Assembly: GCA_051294375.1 (NCBI GenBank)
Contig: CM119267.1
Location: 20,585,476-20,649,475, forward strand
DNA length: 64,000 nucleotides
Origin: Paraspadella gotoi
Lineage: Eukaryota > Animalia > Chaetognatha
Reading direction: 5' to 3'
Shown here piece after piece: positions 37,742 to 50,711 of the stretch (the stretch's first letter is position 1; each line of letters opens with the position of its first letter). Both the position numbers and the translations under genes were made by a program. The notes beneath the pieces are model-generated. The model had not been told where the DNA came from. It did no database searches and saw only the letters and a list, made by a program, of their open reading frames with translations.

Positions 37742-39580
37742 AAAAAATTTACTGTTTAATATTATGATATTCAGTTAAATTTTATAAAATATTTGATTTT
37801 TATATATTTATATAATATATTTATATAAAAATATTAATAAAAAACGCAAAATGTCAAAGCACTTCTTTGAGAAACTACCTGTCTGCCTTCAGTTGTTACT
37901 GTCTTGTTTTTTTTTTTATAAAAAAATAAATTTTATTTTTCCATCTGCTTTCTCTTCATTTTCCCATAAGCCTCCCGAGTGTATTAAAATCCAGGATCGC
38001 CATTATAAAGTAATTACCACGTTAAAAAATCCTCACGACGATGTCGATTGTGATAAACAACAAATTAAAATGGAACGAGGACGACGACGACGACGCAATG
38101 AGATCTGCGACTCGAATCTTTGTTAGTTTGTTCTTTTGGTTTCAGCAGCGAGAAATTGAAAGACGGGTAAGGACGCCTCGTGGAGAGAGGAACACCATTT
38201 GGTTTTTGTAGATCGATGCGGTGAGTTTAGCTAACTTCTTTTTGGACAATAGTTTATGATTGACTTCAAAGCACATTACTAAAATAAAACATTAATTAGC
38301 CACAGATTAATCTGGTTAAATTAATTTTTGTCCTTTATATTTCTTTCGTGACTCAAGCAAAGGTAATGAAGCTCAAGGATTTAAAAAAAAAATTATGACT
38401 GGAGTTTTCATTGTATTTTATTAATTTTTTTGTGTACTCTAGCTGCAATCGAAATCGTTCCCAAAAACAAACAACAGAGACTTCTATCTGGAAAAGGCTA
38501 TGTCTCTCTATGTCTCAACAACGATAGACATCATTTGTCAAAAACAGTGTTTATCTGGGGAATAAAAAGAAATACAAAAAAGAAAAAAAAAGATCATTAA
38601 CTAATAAACAAACGATCCTGAAATAGACTAGAAAAGTAGAAAGAGATCGGTTTTTTAAAGCTGAACCCCTATAGTATATAAAACCTGTGTTTAAAAATAT
38701 ACAAAAATCGCGAATTATAATAACTATTTTGCGACTAAAACGTTGTCAAAGGGTATCCAATTTAATTCCAGTAAGCTAGTAACGATACAACTGTCATCTG
38801 AGCTCATAAAATAAGTCACATCGAAAAAGTTGTAACACTGGAATTATTGAACTCCCTCCCCGAAAAAAAAGAAAACCACGCAAGCCATTCAAAGCAAAAA
38901 AAATTGACAAATGCACGCATTTTTTAAAATAAACACATGATTTGTACACACACGAAAAAAAATCGTGGTCTTATTTAAATCATTAGAATATTTTGTTTAA
39001 ATTTTCTGTGGAAGGTTATCGGCTCACGTATTTGATAAGGAGGCAGGGAGATCGGGGATGAAGGGTGCGAGAAAATGAGGACATGGGTTGGGGGGGGTGA
39101 AGGAGAAAAGAGGAGTGGAAGGCGTTTCGGAGGGTGAGAGCGGGAACTGCGAAATGCATGAAATTTACTATTAACGTAATATCTATTATTTGTTAATTAA
39201 AAAGTAATCAACGAGAATAAAACGCGACGGAAGCCAGAATCATGTTTGTTTGTTTTTTATTTTCCGCTAAGCTCATTTCCGACAAACGCGAACGGCGCTT
39301 CACGTGAGAAATAAACGGCACCGAGACGGAAACGTTTTTCATCTCGTAACATTTTCATTGACGTGGACACTGGACAAGGGTCGAGGTCAATCTGGTTTCA
39401 TCTTTTATATTACGGTTATTTTTAACTCTCCCCAAGAGACAAAATTTTCACCGCGACAAGGTTGGCATAAAACTTCAAATGCAAATTCTGACCGATCTTT
39501 TCCACCAACTCAATTTCTTCATCTAAAACCACGCAAGCGGAGGAGGAGAAAAAATCCGGAAGGGGGGGGCGTGGACTCTC

Positions 39581-42500
39581 TCAAACCAGTTCAGGGACAT
39601 TGAGGTCGATCGCCGACGGAAACTCGGGAATAATTTCATCCACGATGCTCTTTTTCCTCAGCGCCGTTTTGGTTTTGATGGCGCCGGGCATTTTAGAAGC
39701 TGGCGGTGCCTCTCGTAGGGGAGATGGCGTCTTCTCCATCCCCCGCGGAGAAAACAGTTGGGGCGCTGCCGAGGAGAGCGGCGCCGCCTCCGGGGAGCGT
39801 GCGAGAAGAGGCGGGGGAGTGACGGCGGCGCCGTTGCGCTGTTTTTTCTGCTGCTGCTTCGACTGAGGGGGAGGGACGAAGAGTTTGAGCGGGGGCCTCT
39901 TCGTCGGAGAGGGAGACTTGGAGGGCGACTTGAGGACCTCGCCCGCCGTTGGGGCCGTAGCGGACTGCGAGGATTCCACGGCTGCGTTGGCGGCGGCGTC
40001 CGTCTCGCCGGTCGTGGCGGCGGCGGCGGCGGCCCCGTCGTCCTTGACGGTCTCTTGGTGCAGCACGATGAAATGGAGAATATCGCTCAGGCTGACGATG
40101 CCGGCGACGCGACCCTGAGAATCGACGACGACGAGGCGATGGACGTTGCACCGGACGATACGCTCCATCACCTGGAATCGGTAGGAGGGAGAAATAATAA
40201 GAATGCTCTTTGAATATTAGTAGGCTATGAAATTAAAATAACGATTTCGATCTCACAAAGGAAAAGAAATCATTAGCCAGCCTTTCACCTTCTGAAGGGA
40301 CTCTTCCTTCCGGCAAGTGTAGGGCCCTCCGACGCCCTTCACGTTGCCGAACTGCAGGGCCTGGCGGACGGTGATGTCCAGGTTGTTGTAGCTTTGGTTG
40401 GAGGCGAGTTTGATGGTGTCGTACTTGGCGTAAATGTCGATAAGCTTTTCCGTCTCCCGATCGATGACGGGAAGCGAGGAGACACGATACTTGCAAAACT
40501 TGTTGAGGGCGTTGATGAGAGGCGTCTCTGGGTTCACCGTGACGATGTCGTTGAAAGTGCCGACGCCTGATGAACGAACTCGATGTTTAATTGATTTAAT
40601 TAATTAATTAATTCCTTGCCATAATTAAATTAATTATGGCAAGGAAAAATAATAGAGACTTAACCTTATCCTTTTCGTCAAAACCTATATGAGTTGAGAA
40701 AAAACCAACTTTACCCAATTCCTCGATGGACTTGAACACAAAGGCCGGTCGAGGCAGTTCGTGGTTGAATTGGAAGAGGAAGCGGAGGAGGCGCTTGTGG
40801 GTAATAATCTGAATCACGTTTCCGCTCCACGCGTCCATCACGGCGAGTCGATGAATCTACGAATTAGAAATTGAAAGCAAGGAATCAAATTATATTGTAT
40901 GGATTATCTCAAATTACTAAATCGAGATTCCTGAATCGTATTTGGATAATATATCCTAGTTGTATTGTCCCTTGCCAAATAAATTGTATCGTCGTTCAAC
41001 CCGACCTCGGTTACGTATAAATGATTACCAGAACAAAAAGAGAAAGAAAACCGCAATTAAAAACTCATTTGCTCGACGTAAATCACTTTCGCGTTTGGTA
41101 TATGTTAATTGAGCGGAGGCTCGAATTTAAAACGATCATAATTTTTTTTAATTAGTGCAAGGTTGTTTACAAAATCCAAATCTTTCCGTCGAGTTTTTAC
41201 TTTTCGAATAGTTGACTTTAAAAACCTCTTGTTTGTTGTAGACCTAAAATTACTTTTTTTTGAAAGTATTAAGTCGCCCCCCAATCATAAAAAAAAATAA
41301 TAAAAGTGCATACCTTTGATTCGTGCAGCTTCTTGACGGCTTCGTAGAGGGAAGCGTCGGGTCCGATGTAAACGAGTTTGTTGGCGGCGATGCGCTCGTT
41401 GTGGTTTTTGAGGACGTCGCGCCAGGTGGATATCAGGTGACACTTGATGTCGTCCTTGGAGGACAACGGACTGACCGGGGAACGGAGGCAAAAGTCACGA
41501 TTTTTAACGCCCTTCCACTTTGTCAAATAATTACGCAAGAGTCACCAAATTATCTTATTGACGATTCTTCTCCCGATCCCCACCTCCCCTCCCACCCTAA
41601 ACAACCTTCTATAATATTTTTGAAGAATGGTGATGAAGTCAGAAATGGTAAGCATTCCGACGAAGTCTTGCTTGGCCGAGTCCCACAACGGCGCCGCCCG
41701 CACGTTGTGTTCCATGAGGGCGAAGAAGGCCTTCTGGACTTTGAGACGAGTATCGAAGACGACGAGCTTGTTGTTGTAGCCGTCGGGGATGACGTCGTGA
41801 CATCTGTGCGACTTCATGAATTTGACGAACACCTTGGGCGGCGATGACGATAGCGGGGAGGGGGGGGGAGGGGGAGCGAGAAATAAGAGAGATGGATCGA
41901 TGGATCGTTCAATTGAGTAACGAAGCATTTTGCAGTCATTCATCTCCCCCGGAAAAAAAAAAAATTGGCAAAGTTCTACTCGACTTTTTATCGATCAATC
42001 AACCAATCCCTTGACTTTTTTTTTGCACGAATTTCCGTTCTTCGGGGAAAAAAATTAAATTGGAAAAAGGCCAAGCTAATCGAGCGAGCAGGGGGCCCCA
42101 ATTTTTTTCGCCGCATCGCCTCACAGCCCGGTCCCCACCTGATTATCGGCGACGTTCTCTAACTCGAATCTCTCCGAGAATCCGTGGAGGCTGAGGCGTG
42201 AACTGCGATCCCTGGCCAGTAGCGCCCTCGGGTCAGCGAAGAGTTCTCTCAGATGCGGGGACTTTTGCGACCTTTGAGATCCGCCGCCGCTGCCGAACAT
42301 GCCGCCGTGGTAGGTGGTGTAATGGGAGGAGAACGGTCCGCCCGCTGGCTGACCGACGCCGGGAGTTGCGGGTGGGCTACGGCTGGAGTCGGTCAGAGCG
42401 CCACCAGCGCCGCCTCTGGGCGTCGTGCTGCCGCTGTGGCGTCCTCCTAGGATTTAACAAAGGTTTAAAATTGTAAACCGGGTAATATGTAAACAGATTA

Positions 42501-43194
42501 ACACCATCGTTATAAGACCGGTTCCAAACCGGTTTTACAATCATCATTTGAAAACAAAGTTCAAAGAGGGCATAAATTGCATAAATTAATAATTTCGTGA
42601 CTTTTTTTCTATGCGAACGGCATTTCTCCTAGAAGCTAGAATGACTCAGATTAATGACAGACACATAACCAAAAGTAGTGAACGTGATCAAAGCAAAAAC
42701 AACAAGTAGACCTGACCTTCTCCCGCCGACGGTCCTCCTTTGGGCCTCTTGGTTTTCCCCGCCGCGTCCGACTTGGACCGGGGTCGAAAATTCTTTGGGA
42801 AAATGTCGAACACGGATTTTTTGGCCGCCGAAGATGACGCCGACGCTTCTGCAGCGGAGGGAGACGTCCCGTGTACGGTCTGCACCACCCCGGGCGATTG
42901 CCCGGGTTGCAACGCCTGACCTTCGCCCGATTTATACCGCGTCCTCGTCATGGATGCGGATATCTTGCCCAAAACTCCGGCGCGCGAATCCGATCCGGCG
43001 CGAGGCCTAAAAAAGTCCGCCGCTCCTCCTCCGCCGGACGACGACGCTTCCGTCGTCCCAGCCCGTCTAACGCGACCCGCGTCATTTGTTTTAACCGGGC
43101 TGCCAATGCCGCCGCCGCCGCTGCCGGGTTGGGCTGCGGACGAAGCGTATGAAGCCCCGGTCTCTTCGACCTTGCCCGTTCCAGCCTCGGCCAT
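39581..43194 (-). CDS. PRKAG: AMP-activated protein kinase gamma subunit (long N-terminal form)
   Basis: CBS repeats: [16 protein letters not shown]...[49 protein letters not shown]; [14 protein letters not shown]; [11 protein letters not shown]; RVSSLPVID...IDIYAKYD; [24 protein letters not shown]-terminal FRPRSKSD motif. Confidence 0.95.
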
Positions 43195-43541
43195 CTTTTC
43201 TCGCGGGATCGCGGGCAGAAGCTAAAAAACGGGTTTCAAGGTAGATAGCCGCTTTGCGTTGGTAACGTGGGTCTTTCGCGCGCAAATGGGGGCGATATCG
43301 GTCAGGCGGCGGCGTTTAAAGAAGTTGACGATGTCGAGGCGGACCCGTTTCCGAGCGACGAGTAAGCGGAAGTTGCAACGCCAAATAATGGACGCTTTGC
43401 ATTATGTTCTTTATTTAGAGTTTTGAACTGGGGGTTTTCCCAATTTTTTTAAAAAGAAATCTAATGTTTTTATTTCGTCTTTTCTCGCTGACTTGCGAAG
43501 AAAAAAAAACGCGATTCAAGTTTTTCGAGTTTTCTCTGACG

Positions 43542-43606
43542 CTCTCTCTCTCTCTCTCTCTCTTTTTCAAGTGCCGCCGCCGCCGCCGCCGCCTCCGCCG
43601 CCGCTG
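43542..43606. repeat. (CT)n and (CCG)n microsatellites upstream of AMPK gamma
   Basis: Direct reading. Confidence 0.85.
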
Positions 43607-44063
43607 CTGCCTTCGTCACCGCCGCCGGGATCGAGGAGACCCGATGGAGGGTTTAGCATTTTCTCACCCAGACCCTTCGCTATAAAAATAAACCTGTTGA
43701 AAGATATACAAACAAAGGGAGTTTTAGGTCGATGACCCGCTAAGATCTTTTTTCCCCTTTTTTGTGGGAATTAGTAAAAAGTAAAAGTCATAAATTTAAA
43801 GATGATCCGTTGTAAAGAGAACAAAAAATTGTAAATGAAGGCAAGTAATCGAGATCTAAAATTAGCAGTTTTCAGTAAAGGAGAGTGCAAAAACATTGAT
43901 TGTATCAATTACATAACAATCAATAAAAATAGACCGGTAAAGAAACTGGCCAGCAGTTCAATAAAATAAGTATTAGAATACGAATTAAGATAAGCCTCGC
44001 ACCAAGTTATAACTGTGCATAGTCCATACGTACAATTTAGTGCAAAAACCTTACTTTGGGTGA

Positions 44064-46211
44064 TTAAACAAAGAAAATCAAGTACGAATACATCGTTATT
44101 TCCGCGCCACTTTTGTGAGGATTAGGATTTTTTCCCAGAAAAAATCCTCGATAATCGATTTTAAGTTTATTCCCTTTTTTGGCATCGGTAACGTCAATGA
44201 CCCAGGGATCGACCTGGCGCCCATTGCACCACCCTCCGCGTCCGTACAACCAGGTCCCGTATTCGTTGGGAGTCGTGCCCGCGGGTACGGTCACGGCGCA
44301 ACCCAACTCTGTACCAGCGGCGGAAAAGGTTTCGTTAAATACTTTATCGTTGACGAAAAAAGCGTGGGACGAAACGCAAAACTCGGCGCAATTGTTGTCG
44401 TCTTGACCGTGACCCGTGATGACGGAGACTATTTCCACCTTAGCGACTTTATCCGGGACTTTGAAATAAAGCGGCTTGTAATCGTCGTTATATTTGGCGT
44501 CGAACATGCCCCCGCGAAAGAGAGGAAACGCCGCAGTCGGTCGCGCTACGTTTGTCGCTTCGTTTTTGGTGAAGAGAAACCTGAGTGAAGGTTTCCACGG
44601 CTTGGCCCACCAAGCCGTCTTCATGTTTATCTGGCAGAATCCGTCGCGTGATTGCAGCAGAGGCAAGAGAGAGGAAACGTCCGTCACCCAACGACCGATC
44701 CGACGGCGAAAGGGAGAAATCCACCGACCCAACTCCGACCCGCAGAGGTCGCTTTTTTCGTCGCAGCAAACGTAAAGTTGAACAGTGTGGTCCCAAGGGG
44801 GACAGTCCTTGTCGAAATCTCCGGGGCACGAAAGCGACATATCGAGGTAAGCCGAGGTGAGGTTTCGCATGACGTCGACGGGGGGCATCGCCACTCGGGC
44901 TTCGACGCCACGATGACCTTGCATGATCGTAAAGTTGAAAGCCTCGACGACGAATGAACTTTGAGCGGTACTGGATGATTTCGTTAAAATTCTCTTCACC
45001 CTGTCCCGAGTCTTTCGCTCGAAATCGAACCAGGTGGACTGCCAAGCGAAAAATCTCAGCGAAGGATACAAATATGTTCCGCATTCTCTTAGCTTTCCTT
45101 CGTGATTCACGCCGAAACACAGTCGCAAGCCGGGAGAATGTTGAAACCTGACGGTGAGATTGGCGGATCGGATTATGCGTTCGTCGTGAAGAATTGACGA
45201 AGAGGGAATGTTAATTTTCAAGGCGCATTCCTCCTCGCCGGCGCAGTTCATGTCGTGCAAGGTCTCGCCGGGTTGGCTCATAATCACCGCGGCGACGGCG
45301 CCTGCCGTTTGAGCGTTGTAGATCTTCTTCGCGAAGCTGCAGTCGCCGGTGATAAGGACGGCGACCTTTCCGCTTATTTTTTCGAGTGGACCACATCCGT
45401 TGGAGGCGAGGTATTTGGTGGGCAACATGGAGTCCTTGAATTGGGCGGCGGACGGCAACCAATCGTAGTGAGCGTCGAGTCTACTGATGACCCAAGGGAA
45501 TCTGGATATACTGTCTGTCAACAAGACCTGATCCAATCCGCACTCGTGCTTGTCGCACTGCCATTGATAAAAGACGCTTGAGATCCAGTTTCCGGTATGT
45601 GCAACTGAGGTCGTCGCGAAAAGACATTGACGGTCGACGAAGCCTTTGGCGGCGGCGAATCCGGATCTCAGGGCATAGTCCTCGGCGTATCGAAGCTGCG
45701 TCCTCATCCACAAGACTTCCCCGAGCGCCGCCTCGTCCGAGGCCGAAAAGAAAATGAAAAGAGCGTTCGAAGGTGAAGAAGTGACGAAGTCGCGGAGAGA
45801 AGAATCGTCTGTCCACATTGCCAGGGACGAACTGCTCCGGTTGTTGTAAACCACGAATAACAGGGAAACATTTTGAAAGATCGAGTCATGAGGATAGTTG
45901 ATTTGGCCGGAGAGAGTGAAGAGGGTAAACGGTAAACTTGAATCGCCCGGTAAGGCTCCGTTCGAAGATACGACACCGTGGTTACCTAATTCAGTCGTCC
46001 TTAATCCGTTACTCTTCAACTGTGTGTTTCGATTCGCCACCAAATATTTGCGCGAAAAAGTATTGGCATAACTTTTCGGAACTCCGTGGAAGAAATCCGG
46101 AATGTCATTGACGGAAATGTCTGGGCGACGCCGATCCAACGCAGAGACCAGACAACTGCCAAATAGCACAAGCAAAAATCCAAATAGGGAGTTTTTCTTG
46201 AAAACGCTCAT
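44064..46211 (-). CDS. Secreted protein with a protease-associated (PA) domain and peptide-N-glycosidase F-type C-terminal domains, intronless
   Basis: Signal peptide MSVFKKNSLFGFLLVLFGSCLVSA. PA domain GCGPLEKISGKVAVLITGDCSFAKKIYNAQTAGAVAAVI. PNGase-F-like motifs CPPWDHTV, ELGRWISPF, WVTDVS, VITGHG, CAEFC and GTWLYGRGGWCNG. Confidence 0.88.
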   Translation of the reverse strand: MSVFKKNSLFGFLLVLFGSCLVSALDRRRPDISVNDIPDFFHGVPKSYANTFSRKYLVANRNTQLKSNGLRTTELGNHGVVSSNGALPGDSSLPFTLFTLSGQINYPHDSIFQNVSLLFVVYNNRSSSSLAMWTDDSSLRDFVTSSPSNALFIFFSASDEAALGEVLWMRTQLRYAEDYALRSGFAAAKGFVDRQCLFATTSVAHTGNWISSVFYQWQCDKHECGLDQVLLTDSISRFPWVISRLDAHYDWLPSAAQFKDSMLPTKYLASNGCGPLEKISGKVAVLITGDCSFAKKIYNAQTAGAVAAVIMSQPGETLHDMNCAGEEECALKINIPSSSILHDERIIRSANLTVRFQHSPGLRLCFGVNHEGKLRECGTYLYPSLRFFAWQSTWFDFERKTRDRVKRILTKSSSTAQSSFVVEAFNFTIMQGHRGVEARVAMPPVDVMRNLTSAYLDMSLSCPGDFDKDCPPWDHTVQLYVCCDEKSDLCGSELGRWISPFRRRIGRWVTDVSSLLPLLQSRDGFCQINMKTAWWAKPWKPSLRFLFTKNEATNVARPTAAFPLFRGGMFDAKYNDDYKPLYFKVPDKVAKVEIVSVITGHGQDDNNCAEFCVSSHAFFVNDKVFNETFSAAGTELGCAVTVPAGTTPNEYGTWLYGRGGWCNGRQVDPWVIDVTDAKKGNKLKIDYRGFFLGKNPNPHKSGAEITMYSYLIFFV

Positions 46212-47148
46212 TTTTACCTAAAAAAAATTAATTTAAGCTTTGATATGCATTAATAAAATAAGAAATAGATTTATATTATCAAATAATATAAAAATCAATA
46301 ACTTTTTTCAATATCTTTTTACTTTAACTGAACTACAACAGTAAAAACTGCTATTGTCGTTCGTTGGAACCCTAAAAATGTATTTTTTACAAAGCAAATG
46401 TTGAAATTTTCGTCAAAAAAAAAATCGCTTCGATTCACTCAATGTGAGAGAAAAGTTTTAAAAAATGCATAACTTTGATGGAAAAATTTTCTCGTTTTGT
46501 TGGCACGCGTTCTTTACACACTAATAATTATGTCTTTTGAGATAATTACGTACGATTTTAGGCACCAGTTCGATGAGTACGATGGGAGAGTCAAAATTTT
46601 TTTTTTGTCGACAAAGAGTTCATTTAAACAACTCGTCAAGTGCACCGAAAAAGGAAATCATTTGTAGGAAAAAAAATTTTCGTTCTTGAACTTTAAGCGA
46701 ATCTGAAATTAAATAGTTGGTCCCAAAGGTCGGTTTAGAAATTTGACACGAAATGTTTTCGTACATTAGCACTGAAATCAGCGATTGACCCTAAAAAAAT
46801 AAAATAAAACGGGCGAATAACAGAGGAATTAAACCTAAATATTGCAAAATCAAACGAAATCCATAGCCTAGAATAGCAGTAACATAACCAGAATCTGAGA
46901 TGAGTCAGCTAATCGTAACCGGTCTTTCAAAACATTTAGTAAATATATTAGAATTTTAACTCTTAAAATTACGAAACAACATTCCAGAATACTAATTTAT
47001 AAATATATTAGTAAAACAATGCAATGGATAATTTCCAGTAAAACTAAAAAATAGTCACAATACTGAGATCTTGAATCTTAAAAAAATTCTGTAAACACAA
47101 AGGATATAAAAGTAAATAGAGATAAAAATGCAAATTATGGCTTCTCAG

Positions 47149-47448
47149 TCATGGTTTAAGGGCATCCTGAAGGAATTTGGCAATGTCAGCTTTCCTGTCA
47201 ACTCGAGGAAGATCAAAGTTTTGATTGCAATAAGAACCGGTAAGAAATCCCAGGCCAAAATGGAACAAAACTTGCGCTTTTGCCGGAAGTTTGGCGGGTA
47301 ATTTTATCCTGAGTGACAGCAAAATGTTATTATCACGACAGTACTGTTTGTAGACACAAAATGACTGTCAAGAAGACTGTTTTACATACCGGTAGGCTCT
47401 TAAAGCGGATTTAGTCAGAAATACCAACAGATTAGTATTAGGTGCCAT
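47149..47448 (-). CDS. STMP1: 72-aa short transmembrane mitochondrial protein 1 (STMP1/C7orf73)-like microprotein, two exons
   Basis: Exons 47448-47390 and 47308-47149 with a phase-2 GTATGT...CTCAG intron give MAPNTNLLVFLTKSALRAYRIKLPAKLPAKAQVLFHFGLGFLTGSYCNQNFDLPRVDRKADIAKFLQDALKP*. The motif GxxxGxYxxQN(Y/F)DxP is as in STMP1. Confidence 0.8.
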
Positions 47449-47698
47449 TCTGTAAATAAGTACAAGAAGTGGGAATAAAAGCGAAATAATCCAACAACTG
47501 CATGATTTACAAGGCCACTGTGTTAAAACAATCATTTAAAACGTAAACCGTCCAAGCCCTGTAGCTATAAATATAAAATAAACTACATTTTGATCTAGAT
47601 TGATTTTTGATCTCATAAATGTTAAAGTAATACACTTAATACACTTGACGCAAAAACAAACATCATTAATCAAGAATAAGAAAATAGCTTAATTCGAA

Positions 47699-48729
47699 TC
47701 AGCCACACAATCTTTTAAATACTATTTCAACAATATCATCTACATTTGCCATGGCTCCACTGCCTTTATCACCGCAAACGAGGAGCTTGTCAATTGGGGG
47801 AATTTCTTCATATCCTAACACCTAAGTGGACCAAAATAAATAAGACTTTTTTCGTAACAAACTTCATAGAAACCAAGTAAAAAGAATTAATGCGGTTAAC
47901 CTTTAGCCTGTCAATTTGTTCGGAGGTCAAAGGGTGATCCCACATGGCCGTGTTCATTGCGGGAGCGAATATAAGTGGCTTCTGTACAAATAAAGTACAT
48001 ATTATTTTTCCCAGAGTACGGGAAATAAATTTTCGAGCACACACACAGATGCACACCTTTGCCCAACTTCTAACGACGCTTGTCAGAAGATTGTCGGCAA
48101 TTCCGTGAGCGAACTTGGCCAAAGTGTTGGCATCGAGGGGCGCGACCAACAACAAATCCGCCCATCTATCGATTTTAAAGGGTGTAGAAACCGTGGGCTT
48201 AGAACCACCCGAGGGATCGGCGCTTATTTCTATCGTGATCTACCTCGCCAACTCGAGGGATAGACGGGAATCGGCCTCGTTTTTTCCATCCGTTACGACT
48301 TCGACGACCGACGTCTTAACTAAGAATGTGCTTAGAGATTAGAACGCGGGGGAAAAGGCGGCCAATAAGAAAGCCTCACCTTCGTTAGAGTCAAAAAAAT
48401 GTAGTGCGCTAGTGGTAGGCAACACCCGGATGCGCAGTCGAATCTTGCGAGACTCCGATTTCTTCAGCAGCTGGCTGACAAGAAGGGGCGTTTTGATTGA
48501 CGCTACGCTGCCTGATTAGGAGAATTGAGGCCTATAAAACGTTCTGCAAAGCGATGTGAGAAGTCTATAAATTTAAAATGTGACACTCATGGTAACTACT
48601 ACTATGTATCTTTTAACTTTTTAATGAACTATGAATCTTTTGAATTTAAAAAAAAATGGTCAAATGAGAAATAAATTATCGTCTTGATGACACACCTGTA
48701 CAACCTAAAAGAATATTACAATTATCCAT
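47699..48729 (-). CDS. PPCDC: Phosphopantothenoylcysteine decarboxylase (HFCD flavoprotein), catalytic His replaced by Ser
   Basis: NILLGCTGSVASIK; RWADLLLVAPLDANTLAKFAHGIADNLLT; KPLIFAPAMNTAMWDHP; KLLVCGDKGSGAMA. Six exons. Confidence 0.92.
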
Positions 48730-50711
48730 GATACGTGGGCAACCGCAAATGAAAGATTTTAACTGAAAGTGTCGGAGATTGATCGTTTTTCAGGTGAAGA
48801 CAGATGACTCTTAATAGTTTCTTGTACCTCAAAAGTTTTCATCATTCTCATTACGCAGAAAAAAAATTTTCCTAACAAGAAGATGCATTTAGTAAATATA
48901 ATCCTTCGGGCAAGCATTATACGACGAACAAGCAAAAAGTAATCCAAATAAAATTAGCAAATAATTTTTTTTTAAGTTGGCTTAAACAAAGAAATTGCAG
49001 TTACATTCAACATTCAGTAACCCTCCCACAAAAATAGAAAGCGCATGAGTAATTATATTCAACGGCTTTTTATAATTTCTATGTCATTGTTAGGGGTTCA
49101 ATCATATAAACTCTTTAAATTTTGTATTATGGCCGCTTTTGTTGATTTTTAATAATAAAGGCACCCTAAACAATGTCACAATAAATATAAAAATGCTAGT
49201 GATTGTCAGGTAATTAATGCGTGATTGTGTTTTTCTTATAGCCATTTAAAAAATGCATTCGCAGGTTACACTAGTTACACAGCGACATTTAGTCACCTAA
49301 ACGATTTGTTTCTATTTTTAAAAAATAATATTAATAAATAATCAAACGCCATTAGATAAATTAATTTTGGTCAGCACTTACAGTTAGCGTTTTACAAGCG
49401 TTTTGAAAAATAACAAAAATAAACGAAAAAAACTGGCAAGAAATTACGAAATTTTGAATTGAATTTTTAGATGGGGAAAAAAAAACGAATAGAAAGCAAG
49501 AATTGGTTCAAAATTCTGTTTCACAGCTAAGAAACGTCCTAAATTCAAGCTATAACATAATTATGAAATCTTTTATCCGTACTTTAAGCAAATATATGAT
49601 TAACTAAAATATAGTACTATTTGTAATTAACAAGTATTTGGCTTAGACTACGGTGGGAGAGACGACAGCAGAAAGCTCTGTACGTAATGAGGTGACGTCT
49701 TTAAAATCACCAAGCGCGAATGTTAGGATATAAAATTATAAATCCAAGTTAAATTACGCTAATCACGGACGGACAAACTATGTAGTAAGCCTATTTGTAA
49801 AAATCTATTGAGGACTGCTTTCCAAACTTCCTTTTTATTTATTATACTAAATATATATTATATAATATAATGAAACAATAATTGTTAATTGACCAAGTGT
49901 TTGGATTCACCAACATGTATGACCTCAAAAGTTCTTGGTCCGTTGAATTTCTGTTTCAAAGTTTTCTCGGAATTCCAGATGTCATTCAAAAAGTTTGATT
50001 GGTTCGCAAACATAAAAGTTAAAAATAAACTCGGCTATTAAACCCAACCACAATGATACGCGTCAATAAGGCGATATATTTCTTTTGCGAAAAAAATTTT
50101 TTGACGAACTGTAACAAAATTGATACGCGTTCTTCGCCTCCTTTAAATTATCGTATAAAAACTATCTCGGTCATGGATTCCTGATGATCATAGAAAAAGA
50201 ATAAAGAAAAGGCAGAGAGAGAACTATTTTTACGAGATACAACCACAAAGACGCTGATTTATCACGAAATTTCGCGACATTCGAGTTATGCTGTAGCCGA
50301 ACTGTCACAATGATGGACGCAATAATCTCACGTTCGCTATTTTTTTCTAATCTAAAACATTTAGCGGTAGCTCTGGTGCCAAAATCAACTCATTCGAATT
50401 GCCAAATAATGGCAAAAAAAAAAAAGAAAATAAAATTAAAATTATGTCCAAAATACGACCGTTAAACATTGACGCTAATTTCCTCGAAATGCATACGCTT
50501 TGAAATCACAGTAATTTGGGGGTATTTTTTGTTTTTCAGTTTGAATAAAACAATGCTACGCTATAAAAGTAAAAAATATAGTATATTTTTCATACACAAT
50601 AAATATCGTAGCAACGACGATACGAAGAGCATCTAATTATGGTCACACAACGAGCTCATCCTGCAAGGGAGCGAAAGAAAAAAACTACATGGTGAAGAAG
50701 GAAATGTCAGT

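Noticed and set aside
50165-50205. Hammerhead-like CUGAUGA...GAAA
   Set aside because: Stems I and III cannot be formed.
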